Positions 34,709-42,548 of a DNA stretch of 43,387 nucleotides are shown piece by piece (the first letter of the stretch is position 1; every line of letters begins with the position of its first letter). The notes beneath the pieces are model-generated. The model was not told the origin of the DNA and made no database searches. It worked only from the letters and a program-made list of their open reading frames with translations. The position numbers were made by a program, and so were the translations under genes. The DNA is from a virus. Lineage: Duplodnaviria; Caudoviricetes. The stretch is taken from IMG/VR virus record IMGVR_UViG_3300010052_000188, positions 1 to 43,387 of that record; one strand, written 5' to 3'.

Positions 34709-35479
34709 ATGAACGACGCCGCCCACACCGCAGCCGAAGCCTACGACCGCTACATGGCGTTCCTTGGCGAAGACCGGATCGTCCAGTCCGCCTGGCACAC
34801 CGAGAAGGATGGACGTCATCTCGCATGTGCACTGGGCGTGCTCGGGAGCGACGTCGACAATCCGGCCAAATGCCCGGCCGAGATCATGCCGCGCTGGCTC
34901 GCCCAGATGGTCCCGTGGTTCTTCGACAATCAATCCGAAGAAGACGCAAAGGACTGGGGCACGCGCTTCTACGCCGAGTTGAAGCGCATCGACGGCAAGG
35001 TGCCGTTCACGGTCGTCTACGACTGGCACGCGAACATCGTCGCACCGCTCGCGATTGAAGTTGCCGCGCTGCGCAAGCGCGATGCGGCCCCCCACGAAGC
35101 TCTGCGTGACCTGCATGCGCGCGCGCTGGCGGGAGACCGCGCAAGTCGCGACGAGTGGCGCGCAAAACTTCGCTACGCCTACGCCGACGCCTACGCCGAC
35201 GCCTACGCCGACGCCGACGCCTACGCCAACGCCAACGCCAACGCCGACGCCTACGCCTACGCCGACGCCTACGCCTACGCCGACGCCGACGCCTACGCCT
35301 ACGCCAACGCCAACGCCAACGCCGACGCCTACGCCTACGCCGACGCCTACGCCTACGCCTACGCCGACGCCGACGCCTACGCCGACGCCTACGCCGACGC
35401 CCGGCGTCGCGTCTTCAAACGGCTCGCGGACGGCATGGTCGAGTGTCTGGGCCGAGTGCCCGCGCCGCAGCTTTCTTAA
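34709..35479 (+). CDS. First early gene; protein with (Y/D/N)-Ala dipeptide repeat tract
   Basis: GAGG RBS; globular N-terminus (ACALG...CPA..MP.WLA...P.F.D) and 38 xA units. Confidence 0.8.
   Translation: MNDAAHTAAEAYDRYMAFLGEDRIVQSAWHTEKDGRHLACALGVLGSDVDNPAKCPAEIMPRWLAQMVPWFFDNQSEEDAKDWGTRFYAELKRIDGKVPFTVVYDWHANIVAPLAIEVAALRKRDAAPHEALRDLHARALAGDRASRDEWRAKLRYAYADAYADAYADADAYANANANADAYAYADAYAYADADAYAYANANANADAYAYADAYAYAYADADAYADAYADARRRVFKRLADGMVECLGRVPAPQLS
35174..35401 (+). repeat. 38 x hexamer [T/G/A]ACGCC tandem repeat
   Basis: Counted directly: 228 bp; only position 1 varies. Confidence 0.97.
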
Positions 35480-35578
35480 AAATTTTCGTTCCGGGGCAAC
35501 CCGGCGTGGGGAGGGAGGCAGAGCGGCAAAGGGTCAGCCGCTCTGTCTCCCGAGCACCGAGAGGAAAACGAGGACGCC

Positions 35579-35917
35579 ATGCGCCACGAATTCACAATGC
35601 CGGGCTACACCAAGATCGAAGGCGAAAGCCTTTACACCCACGACCTCGAATGCGCCGTGGAGATCGAGCCCGACGAGGGCACCGGCGACGCGGACTGGTA
35701 CATCGCGCGCTGCTTCATCGAACATCGCGCCCGCCACGGTTTGGAGTGGCGGAAGCTCTCCAAGTCCCACGCACTGTTCGACACGATCACGCGTTGGGCG
35801 CTGGACGAATACACGCCGCAGCTCGAAGCGCTCTGGGAAGATTATCTGGACGACAAGCCGAAGCGCCGCGCGCGCACTGACCGGCAGGAGCACGCCACGC
35901 ATGGAGGCGTGCTGTGA
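35579..35917 (+). CDS. Hypothetical protein
   Basis: GAGGA RBS; ORF track. Confidence 0.65.
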   Translation: MRHEFTMPGYTKIEGESLYTHDLECAVEIEPDEGTGDADWYIARCFIEHRARHGLEWRKLSKSHALFDTITRWALDEYTPQLEALWEDYLDDKPKRRARTDRQEHATHGGVL

Positions 35918-36066
35918 TCACGGCAACCCTCATCGACTCCGCGGGCAAGCACGTCGCTCCGTCGGTGCGGTCCGAGAACATCGACGTTCTGCGGTTCCAC
36001 ATCGAATTGTTTCTCCTGCCGATGGCAGGGCCAGGCGACACCATCGAAATCGGTGATCCGCAATGA
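35914..36066 (+). CDS. 50-aa hypothetical ([13 protein letters not shown]...)
   Basis: GGAGG RBS; GTGA overlap. Confidence 0.55.
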   Translation: MITATLIDSAGKHVAPSVRSENIDVLRFHIELFLLPMAGPGDTIEIGDPQ

Positions 36067-36173
36067 TCGAACTCATTCTCGTTTCCGTCGTCGCGTTCGT
36101 GAGCGGGCTCGTCACCGGACTTCTGGCGGTTGGGAAAATGGTGAGCGACGAGCGCTCAAAACGAGGTCGGTAG
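36063..36173 (+). CDS. 36-aa single-TM peptide
   Basis: [25 protein letters not shown]...; ATGA overlap. Confidence 0.55.
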   Translation: MIELILVSVVAFVSGLVTGLLAVGKMVSDERSKRGR

Positions 36174-36223
36174 CGTCCAAGTTGCGTTGGCGTAGAAGCC
36201 ATTTCGACGACCGGGGGGTCGAC

Positions 36224-36328
36224 ATGACTGCATTTAAAGAAGCCGCATCCATTGCGGCGGTGAGTACCGGAAGCGCTGTGTTCGTTGGCTTCGCTTTGGC
36301 CATGCTCGTGATGGCGATGGCCGGTTGA
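36224..36328 (+). CDS. 34-aa single-TM peptide
   Basis: GGGGGG RBS; AVFVGFALAMLVMAMAG. Confidence 0.5.
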   Translation: MTAFKEAASIAAVSTGSAVFVGFALAMLVMAMAG

Positions 36329-36338
36329 GTTCGTGAAT

Positions 36339-36400
36339 TCCCGCGCGGCAGGTCGACCCTCTCTCGACTGCTGGAGTAACGGCCAGCACGCCGCGCGGGA
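36339..36400 (+). ncRNA. Putative three-way-junction RNA element
   Basis: 11-bp TCCCGCGCGGC/GCCGCGCGGGA enclosing GTCGA-ccctctc-TCGAC and TGCTGG-agtaacgg-CCAGCA. Confidence 0.55.
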
Positions 36401-36419
36401 TCTCAGATGGAGACGCACA

Positions 36420-36629
36420 GTGACGGACCGGCATATCGGATACTTGGTGGCACTCGACGCGGACATACGCGACGACGACGCGGCTAGCACCATCAACGCG
36501 CTGAGAATGGTGCGCGGGGTGATCTCCGTAGAGCCCGTCATCGCAAACATGCACGAAGCAATTGGCGAAGCGCGCGCCGAGAGCAAGTTCAAGCAGCAGC
36601 TAATCGACACCTTCTTCAAGAGGAAGTGA
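36420..36629 (+). CDS. Hypothetical protein
   Basis: GGAG RBS, GTG start; TDR..GY.V.L..DIR.DDA....NA.RM.RGVISVEP. Confidence 0.65.
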   Translation: MTDRHIGYLVALDADIRDDDAASTINALRMVRGVISVEPVIANMHEAIGEARAESKFKQQLIDTFFKRK

Positions 36630-36638
36630 GGACGCCAG

Positions 36639-36719
36639 ATGATCGCACTCGATTGGGGCGTCGCCCTCGGAATCGTTCTTCTCGCGCTCGGCGTCTACGG
36701 GCGCAGAGACAAGCTCTAG
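36639..36719 (+). CDS. 26-aa single-TM peptide
   Basis: GAGGA RBS; MIALDWGVALGIVLLALGVYGRRDKL. Confidence 0.5.
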   Translation: MIALDWGVALGIVLLALGVYGRRDKL

Positions 36720-36729
36720 GAGCACGCAC

Positions 36730-36936
36730 ATGGTCATCGACCTCAACGCAGCACGGGCCGCACGAGAGCGCAGAAAGACGGACGCTCTGTTCGAGCCGTC
36801 ACCCGCGCGAGACGCGATGGAGACCGGGTTCGCCTACGTGGTGCTGCTGTGCGCCCTGTCCGGCGCGATTTGGTTGCTCGGTCCATCCGATTTCAAGGCC
36901 GCGTTCAATTCAATGATCCAGCAGGAGAGCGAGTGA
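36730..36936 (+). CDS. Small TM protein
   Basis: AGGAG RBS; VIDLNAAR..R; one TM. Confidence 0.6.
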   Translation: MVIDLNAARAARERRKTDALFEPSPARDAMETGFAYVVLLCALSGAIWLLGPSDFKAAFNSMIQQESE

Positions 36937-37646
36937 TGTCTGTCGAGAAAATCCCGAAATCCATCGTTAGGGCGATCTGCGAGATCAAGGCCTCACTTGA
37001 GGCGGTGTCCAAGTCCAGCCGCAACGGACACGGCGGATATAACTTCTCGTCCACGGACGACATCTATGCCGCGCTGGCGCGCAAGATGGGTCAGGTCGGC
37101 CTCGTGATCATACCGCTCGAGGAAAGGTGCGAGATCGTCCGCATCGACAAGAAGGACAGGGACGGCAAGGACGTCGTCGTCCAGTGGCTCAACGTCGAAT
37201 ATTCATTCGTGCTGGCCACCGACGAGGATACCTGGTCGGACACGCGGTCGAAGCGCACGCTCTACATCCAAATCACCGGACCTCAGACGTTCCAGGCGGC
37301 CACGTCCTACGCCGAGAAGGCGTATCTGCGCTCGCTGTTTAAGATCCCATCGGGCGATATGGATCTCGACTCGATGCCGCAATCGGACACCGAGGAAGGT
37401 CAGCACGCGTTGAACGGCAACGGCCACGCCAAGCGCAAATCATCGGCGGCTGCCAAGAAGGACGGCACGACCGAGACGTACAACGCCATCATCGCTGCTA
37501 TCGAGCGCTCGCCCAATTCGGAAGTGCTGCAACAGATCCCGGAACTGTATTGCGACGACATCGCGACGCTGCCGCGCGCATGGGCTGAAATCTACAATCA
37601 TACCTACGAAGACAAGATGGCCAGCTTCCGGGCGGTGCAGTCGTGA
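36936..37646 (+). CDS. erf: ERF-family single-strand annealing protein
   Basis: K...N..GGY.F...DDI...L......GL; Q...AA.SYAEK..LR.LF.IP.GD.D.D. Confidence 0.85.
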   Translation: MSVEKIPKSIVRAICEIKASLEAVSKSSRNGHGGYNFSSTDDIYAALARKMGQVGLVIIPLEERCEIVRIDKKDRDGKDVVVQWLNVEYSFVLATDEDTWSDTRSKRTLYIQITGPQTFQAATSYAEKAYLRSLFKIPSGDMDLDSMPQSDTEEGQHALNGNGHAKRKSSAAAKKDGTTETYNAIIAAIERSPNSEVLQQIPELYCDDIATLPRAWAEIYNHTYEDKMASFRAVQS

Positions 37647-37870
37647 CAACGATCCGCAACGTCCTGCAGTTCCCCCGGATGTTCCGGGAGATGAGCGAAA
37701 AGCTGGAGCCGCTGGACGCCGAGCTTGCTGTCATCCGCGAGATGAACTGGCAGTTGGACAAGCTGCCCAATGACGCCGCCGTGGTGCGTGCCGTCCGGTA
37801 CGTGATGGAGCACCGCGGTTTCACGATCAACGACATGAAGGATCCGTCCGATGGCGATAACGAGGTGTGA
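37643..37870 (+). CDS. Hypothetical protein
   Basis: GTGA overlap. Confidence 0.6.
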   Translation: MTTIRNVLQFPRMFREMSEKLEPLDAELAVIREMNWQLDKLPNDAAVVRAVRYVMEHRGFTINDMKDPSDGDNEV

Positions 37871-38208
37871 CGTCCATGGAATTACCTTCGATCTCGACAG
37901 AACCACAGACTGCCCAATCTGCGAATGCGCCTCCGATGTCGAGCGCTACGGGCTCACGGGCGCGCCGAATTCTACGCCCACTCGGGCGACTGGACATCGA
38001 GAAAGAATTCCCTCCGATGCCGTGGGGACCGGCGCGCCCATCTTTCAAGTCGGAACCCTACCGGGATCGGGTGAAACTGGCACGGAGAGCTGTCCGACTT
38101 GGCGCGGGTTGGGAGGACATCAGGGCGGAATTCCTCATAGGCGATGATCTCGCCAAGAAACTCGTGGGCCTTCCCGCCTTCCGCTGCGCCTTCTGCGTGA
38201 GCAAGTGA
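37867..38208 (+). CDS. Hypothetical protein
   Basis: GAGG RBS; GTGA overlap. Confidence 0.5.
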   Translation: MTSMELPSISTEPQTAQSANAPPMSSATGSRARRILRPLGRLDIEKEFPPMPWGPARPSFKSEPYRDRVKLARRAVRLGAGWEDIRAEFLIGDDLAKKLVGLPAFRCAFCVSK

Positions 38209-38209
38209 C

Positions 38210-38419
38210 ATGATGAATGAATTCGAGATTAGAATCTCCAAAACGCCGTGCGGGCTCGGTTCCGACGCTTACACCGCATCATTCTCTGCAACGGATCAGG
38301 GCTGCTCAGTGCGCGCCGCAGCACGTGGTGAAACGCGAGACAGCGCTCGCAAGGCATTAGCGTCTCTGTTGCGCAAGATGTCCACCGAGATCCTCTCCGC
38401 TGTAGAGGACCTGACGTGA
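38210..38419 (+). CDS. Hypothetical protein
   Basis: ORF fills the gap in the operon. Confidence 0.55.
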   Translation: MMNEFEIRISKTPCGLGSDAYTASFSATDQGCSVRAAARGETRDSARKALASLLRKMSTEILSAVEDLT

Positions 38420-38420
38420 C

Positions 38421-38855
38421 ATGGCTTCCCAGATCAAGCACCCGAAGGCAGGTCTCGCAAACTTCCGCCCACCAGTACGGGAGAGGACGAAGGTGAAACC
38501 GTCGGCACAGCAGAGACGTGAGGGGAACTGCGAAAAGCACCTCGCTCTCATCAGACAGTTGCCGTGCTGCGTCACGGGACGCGCGGGGCCGAATGATCCC
38601 CATCATCTGAAGTCCGGGCCTGCCGCAAAGGAACGCGGCGTGGGTATGCGGGCGACTGACCGCTGGACGGTGCCGCTGTGCCGTGTGGCTCACGACGAAG
38701 TCGAGCGCATCGGCTCACGTCACGAAGAAAAGTGGTTCAGAGAGAACGGCATCCCGGACGTGGTCGAGCTTGCCGCCGCGCTCTGGCACTCAACGGGCGA
38801 TGTGAAACGTATGACGAAGATCGTGCAGAGCCACATGGGGAGGGCACCGCGATGA
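38421..38855 (+). CDS. DUF968-like putative HNH-fold nuclease
   Basis: HL..IR.LPCCV.G.....DPHHL....G.G.R..DRWTVPLC...H.E....G...E..WF. Confidence 0.8.
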   Translation: MASQIKHPKAGLANFRPPVRERTKVKPSAQQRREGNCEKHLALIRQLPCCVTGRAGPNDPHHLKSGPAAKERGVGMRATDRWTVPLCRVAHDEVERIGSRHEEKWFRENGIPDVVELAAALWHSTGDVKRMTKIVQSHMGRAPR

Positions 38856-38983
38856 AAGAGATGTGGTGGTTTTTGCGGGAGTCCTACCGATACGTTGCGC
38901 CGCGCGGCCTTAGAGCCCACGCAAAATTTGCAGTCGATTTGCCGGGTGCTGCATGGCGCTTTTACCGCTCTACGCCCGAGTGA
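38852..38983 (+). CDS. 43-aa hypothetical
   Basis: GGAGGG RBS; ATGA overlap. Confidence 0.5.
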   Translation: MKEMWWFLRESYRYVAPRGLRAHAKFAVDLPGAAWRFYRSTPE

Positions 38984-38991
38984 GGTCCCCC

Positions 38992-39330
38992 ATGTCTGAA
39001 CCTACCACACGCGCGACACTCGCGGATGAGCCAGACGGCTGGCCCAACAACCGCAATCAGCTCGCGCCGGTCAGCCTGCATGAAGGTCACGACCCAACCG
39101 ATCCGCGCGTGACCATGATTGAGGAAATGGCGTGCGACCAGTGCGGATATTGCTCCGACGGAAGCCACCGCTGGCGCGACCGCAAGTCGGGCGCGTTCTG
39201 TCATGAAGAAAAGTTCGGCTACGACGCCGACGAATGCGAAGCCCACAACATCCTACGCATCGCGGTCGATCATGGCGTGCCGATCTACACAGGCGCGCAG
39301 CTCGAATTCGACGACGAGGACACCCCATGA
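38992..39330 (+). CDS. Cys-containing hypothetical
   Basis: GAGG RBS; CDQCGYC...C...C. Confidence 0.55.
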   Translation: MSEPTTRATLADEPDGWPNNRNQLAPVSLHEGHDPTDPRVTMIEEMACDQCGYCSDGSHRWRDRKSGAFCHEEKFGYDADECEAHNILRIAVDHGVPIYTGAQLEFDDEDTP

Positions 39331-40073
39331 CGACCACACGAGAAGAACAGAGAGACGTGGTGGAACGGCTGCGTGGGTTCGATGAATCCGACTTCTACGA
39401 ACGGCCGTGGTCTGCCCACGAAACGATGTGCGAGTCCGCCGAGGTCATTGAAGAACTTCGCGCAGAGATCACCCGTCTCCGCGCCTCACAAGCCGGGGGA
39501 GCGCCTGCGGGGTGGGCTCTCGTGCCGGTGGAGCCTACCAAGGCAATGCTGTCCGCGTGGGCTCACCTCTTCTCCCGTGGGTCGGACGCATGCTACGTCG
39601 CGATGCTCTCCGCCTCTCCCCCACCGCCCGCAACAGACGGGGACGCACTGAGGGAAGCGCTCCGGGGCTCGATGCATGCACTGCAAGCCCTACTCAATGC
39701 GGTGAAGACCAATCCCACCATGCAGGGTCGGCAATACGTCGACCTAGGCATTCAAGTGAACAACGCGATCGACAAGGCCCGCACCGCCCTCGCATCCTCT
39801 CCACCCCTGGCCGCAGCAGATGCAGTGGAAGCAGAGCGGCGGCTACGAGAGGCGCTAGCGCCTCTAGCTGCATTCGCAACGTTCATGGACAAAGACGCTC
39901 CCGATGAAGCGTATTTGCCCGCGACCGTCCCACACATCAGCTTGACGCTTGGGCAGGCGCGCGCTGCAGCGACCCTGCTAGGCTTCCCCCACGCATCGGA
40001 CGACCCACAATTCAACGGCGAACGATTGGCCGCCATCCGCGCTCGCGGAACTGACGAGGTGGAAAATGGCTGA
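39327..40073 (+). CDS. Mosaic accessory protein (lambdoid ea/nin-type modules)
   Basis: DVVERLR; P.GW.LVP.EPT.AML...Y.AML.A.P; LREALAPLA modules. Confidence 0.7.
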   Translation: MTTTREEQRDVVERLRGFDESDFYERPWSAHETMCESAEVIEELRAEITRLRASQAGGAPAGWALVPVEPTKAMLSAWAHLFSRGSDACYVAMLSASPPPPATDGDALREALRGSMHALQALLNAVKTNPTMQGRQYVDLGIQVNNAIDKARTALASSPPLAAADAVEAERRLREALAPLAAFATFMDKDAPDEAYLPATVPHISLTLGQARAAATLLGFPHASDDPQFNGERLAAIRARGTDEVENG

Positions 40074-40392
40074 GCATACGCCCGTCCGCGTGGCCCCTCC
40101 GTTTGCAGACCAGACCTTCGACAGCTTCGCCCAGTGGGTGAACCACGCGCGAAGCTGGCTGACTTGCCACGAGAACTACAACAATACCGAGCACGGCGAC
40201 ATCAAGGGCTGGCGCGGCCACCACTTCACGGCGATGTGCTTCGACAGCCTCGGCCGGCGCTGCCTCCAGGGCGCAGACTTCATGCGCGCTCGCGACGAAG
40301 GTGCCTTTCCAGTTTGGTGGATCTGGCCTGACCAGATCGTTCCGCGTCTTTGCGCTCTCGGCGCAGACGCCTCAACTGAGGGAGCAGAGTGA
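40066..40392 (+). CDS. Hypothetical phage protein
   Basis: F.SF..WVN.A.SWL...CFD..GRRC..G.DFMRARDEGAFPV. Confidence 0.7.
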   Translation: MAEHTPVRVAPPFADQTFDSFAQWVNHARSWLTCHENYNNTEHGDIKGWRGHHFTAMCFDSLGRRCLQGADFMRARDEGAFPVWWIWPDQIVPRLCALGADASTEGAE

Positions 40393-40616
40393 TGGGCTGC
40401 GAAACGAACCCCTGCAAGCGCTTCATTGCAATTCGCGACCGCAGCGAATTGCGCGGCGATGAGTTGTGGGCCGTGAAGAGCCGCCTAGCGGGTTACGTGA
40501 ACGATTGGCGAGATGGGCGCCTCTCCGCAACAGAGGCAATGATTTCAATACAATTGTTGAGCGACACGCATGCGGCGTCCACCCCTGCCAGCTCAACTGA
40601 GGGAGGGGTGGAGTGA
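40389..40616 (+). CDS. Hypothetical protein
   Basis: Overlap coupling; flanked by 14-bp direct repeats. Confidence 0.6.
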   Translation: MMGCETNPCKRFIAIRDRSELRGDELWAVKSRLAGYVNDWRDGRLSATEAMISIQLLSDTHAASTPASSTEGGVE

Positions 40617-40870
40617 CCACGTGCCCATTCTGCAAATGCGACCCCTATCATTACGTCGATATCGGCGTGGGATACGAGGCAGTCGCCGTGACCTGCTGTG
40701 AAGCCGGGATTGAGTTCTTTGACCACACGCGCCAATCCGAGACCGTGACACTCGAACGCGAGGAATTCATGGCGATCGGCTACGCGCTGGCGATGCTGCG
40801 TCGACCGGCTCGGCACGTAACGATCAGCGAACTTCGGGCCGGTCTTGCGGCAACTGGGGGCCAGCAGTGA
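40613..40870 (+). CDS. Cys-rich hypothetical
   Basis: CPFC..DPYHYVD.GVG...VAV.CC. Confidence 0.65.
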   Translation: MTTCPFCKCDPYHYVDIGVGYEAVAVTCCEAGIEFFDHTRQSETVTLEREEFMAIGYALAMLRRPARHVTISELRAGLAATGGQQ

Positions 40871-41136
40871 TGCCTAATCCCGTCGCCTTTCAAAGCGTAC
40901 TGCGACACGAGCTGCGTCGACGCGGTGTCGACGGCCCCGGCAAGGCTTCGATCACGGTGAAAGACAATCACGCCGTGCTGCATTGGCTGTGGCAAGGGCA
41001 GCAGTGCCGCCTCGTACTCGACCGCCATTACGACCGATACATGGACGGTCTCGACTATCGGCGCGAACTTGCGGACGCCCTCGATCACGAATTCTTTTTG
41101 TCCACCCCTACCAGCGCAGGGGGGCGGGATGGCTGA
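40867..41136 (+). CDS. Hypothetical protein
   Basis: GTGA/ATG coupling. Confidence 0.6.
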   Translation: MMPNPVAFQSVLRHELRRRGVDGPGKASITVKDNHAVLHWLWQGQQCRLVLDRHYDRYMDGLDYRRELADALDHEFFLSTPTSAGGRDG

Positions 41137-41467
41137 GCATGATTTTCACGGTTCAGACGGCGGACCGTTGCCGCCACTGACATGCCCGCACTGCGAGGGG
41201 CACAAAGGCGCGCACTGCTTCATCAATCGCGGCCCGGACATCAGAAAGCATTCCGTGGAGTGGCGCGATTGTCTGACGTGCGGCGGGACCGGCGTTATCG
41301 ATCGCCAACGCGCCGCTCTCATCGAGCAAGGGCGCGAGATGCGCGAGGCGCGCGTGGCCCGGCGTGAAAGCCTATTGGAAGCGTCGCAACGATTGGGCCT
41401 CAGTCCGGCTGAATTGTCAGCGATTGAGCACGGACGTGTGAGCGCAGGGGGGCGGGAGACACCATGA
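41129..41467 (+). CDS. Zinc finger (CxxCxG, DnaJ-like) fused to XRE HTH
   Basis: CPHCEG...CLTCGGTG then SLLEASQRLGLSPAELSAIEHGR. Confidence 0.75.
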   Translation: MAEHDFHGSDGGPLPPLTCPHCEGHKGAHCFINRGPDIRKHSVEWRDCLTCGGTGVIDRQRAALIEQGREMREARVARRESLLEASQRLGLSPAELSAIEHGRVSAGGRETP

Positions 41468-42222
41468 GCAAACTTCGCGTGCTCGATCTCTTTAGCGGAA
41501 TTGGGGGATTCTCTCTTGGACTCGAACGAACGGGCGGATTCGAAACGGTCGCGTTCTGCGAGATCGAACCATACCCCAGAGCCATCCTCGCAACGCACTG
41601 GCCAGGCGTCCCCTGCTACTACGACGTGCGCGAACTCACCGCCGCACGACTCCACGCAGACGGAGTTTTTCCAAACGCCATTGCGGGCGGTTTTCCCTGC
41701 CAAGATATCAGTGCCGCAGGACAGCAGGCCGGGATTGATGGCGGCCGGTCCGGCCTTTGGAAAGAGTACGCCCGCCTGGTTCGCGAGCTACGACCCGAGC
41801 TCGTCATTGTGGAAAACGTCGCAAGGTTGCTTGTTGATGGGCTTGGCACAGTTCTCGGAGACTTGGCCGAGATCGGGTTCGATGCGGAGTGGGAATGCAT
41901 ACCAGCATGCGCCCTTGGCGCCCCTCATCCTCGGGATCGGATATGGCTTGTGGCATACCCCGGTAGCGCGCGACTTCAAGGGCTACACGAAGCGGGATGG
42001 CGAAAGCATCTGCAATCAATTGCGCCGCATCTACGGGGGCACTGGTCGGCCGAACCCTCGTTGGATCGAGTGGATTATGGGGTTCCCCGCAAACTGGTGC
42101 GCGACGATCTCCACGCCCTCGGCAACGCCGTCGTCCCACAAATCCCCGAGCTCATCGGCTACGCGATCCTCGAAGCGCAGAAATCCGAAGTGCCCCTCCC
42201 GGATCTGGAGAACGTGGAATGA
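41464..42222 (+). CDS. DNA (cytosine-5) methyltransferase, alpha chain (motifs I-VIII and X)
   Basis: DLFSGIGG (I); GGFPCQDIS (IV); ENV (VI); H.RDRIWLVA (VIII); LGNAV (X); no motif IX. Confidence 0.93.
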   Translation: MSKLRVLDLFSGIGGFSLGLERTGGFETVAFCEIEPYPRAILATHWPGVPCYYDVRELTAARLHADGVFPNAIAGGFPCQDISAAGQQAGIDGGRSGLWKEYARLVRELRPELVIVENVARLLVDGLGTVLGDLAEIGFDAEWECIPACALGAPHPRDRIWLVAYPGSARLQGLHEAGWRKHLQSIAPHLRGHWSAEPSLDRVDYGVPRKLVRDDLHALGNAVVPQIPELIGYAILEAQKSEVPLPDLENVE

Positions 42223-42241
42223 ACAAGCTCCTCGACATTGA
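41738..42241 (+). CDS. Putative MTase beta chain in the +1 overlapping frame (TRD-like region and motif IX); start uncertain
   Basis: Open frame 41501-42241; WKTSQ, SETWPRSG.MR.G, LWHTP.ARD.KG, RPNPRWIEWIMGFP..W. Confidence 0.7.
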   Translation: MAAGPAFGKSTPAWFASYDPSSSLWKTSQGCLLMGLAQFSETWPRSGSMRSGNAYQHAPLAPLILGIGYGLWHTPVARDFKGYTKRDGESICNQLRRIYGGTGRPNPRWIEWIMGFPANWCATISTPSATPSSHKSPSSSATRSSKRRNPKCPSRIWRTWNEQAPRH

Positions 42242-42548
42242 GGAAGTCGCCAGCATTTTGCGGGTCAGCATCAAGACCGTAAAGCGGCTGCCGATTCAGT
42301 TCTCGCGGGTCGGGCGGTTCCGGCGGTACGATCTCAGGGACATCGAAGCTTATCGGAAGGACGCGATCGAGCCATGTCCATCTACAAACGCCCAGGATCG
42401 CCGTACTGGTACTCGGAGATCATTGTCAGGGGGCATCGGTCTATCCGAAGCACTCGCACAACATCCCGCCGCGACGCAGAGGCGTTCGACAGAGAGCACC
42501 GGAAAGAAATCACAGCTCGCGCCGGAAAACCAAAACGGGCGAGCCTGA
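42219..42548 (+). CDS. xis: Excisionase (HTH_17/MerR-like)
   Basis: LL.IEEVA..LRVS.KTV.RL......VGR.RRY...DIEAY; immediately upstream of int. Confidence 0.8.
   Translation: MNKLLDIEEVASILRVSIKTVKRLPIQFSRVGRFRRYDLRDIEAYRKDAIEPCPSTNAQDRRTGTRRSLSGGIGLSEALAQHPAATQRRSTESTGKKSQLAPENQNGRA

Noticed and set aside
35174-35401. Diversity-generating retroelement (AAC to NAC variation)
   Set aside because: No reverse transcriptase and no TR/VR pair; the second adenine of each unit never varies
35174-35401. CRISPR array
   Set aside because: 6-bp units with no spacers; no cas genes in the window
35055-36056. Long (TP)n and (RL/RR/RQ)n ORFs
   Set aside because: Alternate-frame shadows of the hexamer repeat; no RBS; they overlap better-supported genes
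41464-42222. Restriction-modification system or MTase pseudogene
   Set aside because: No adjacent endonuclease; catalytic motifs are intact and the missing motif IX is present in the overlapping frame
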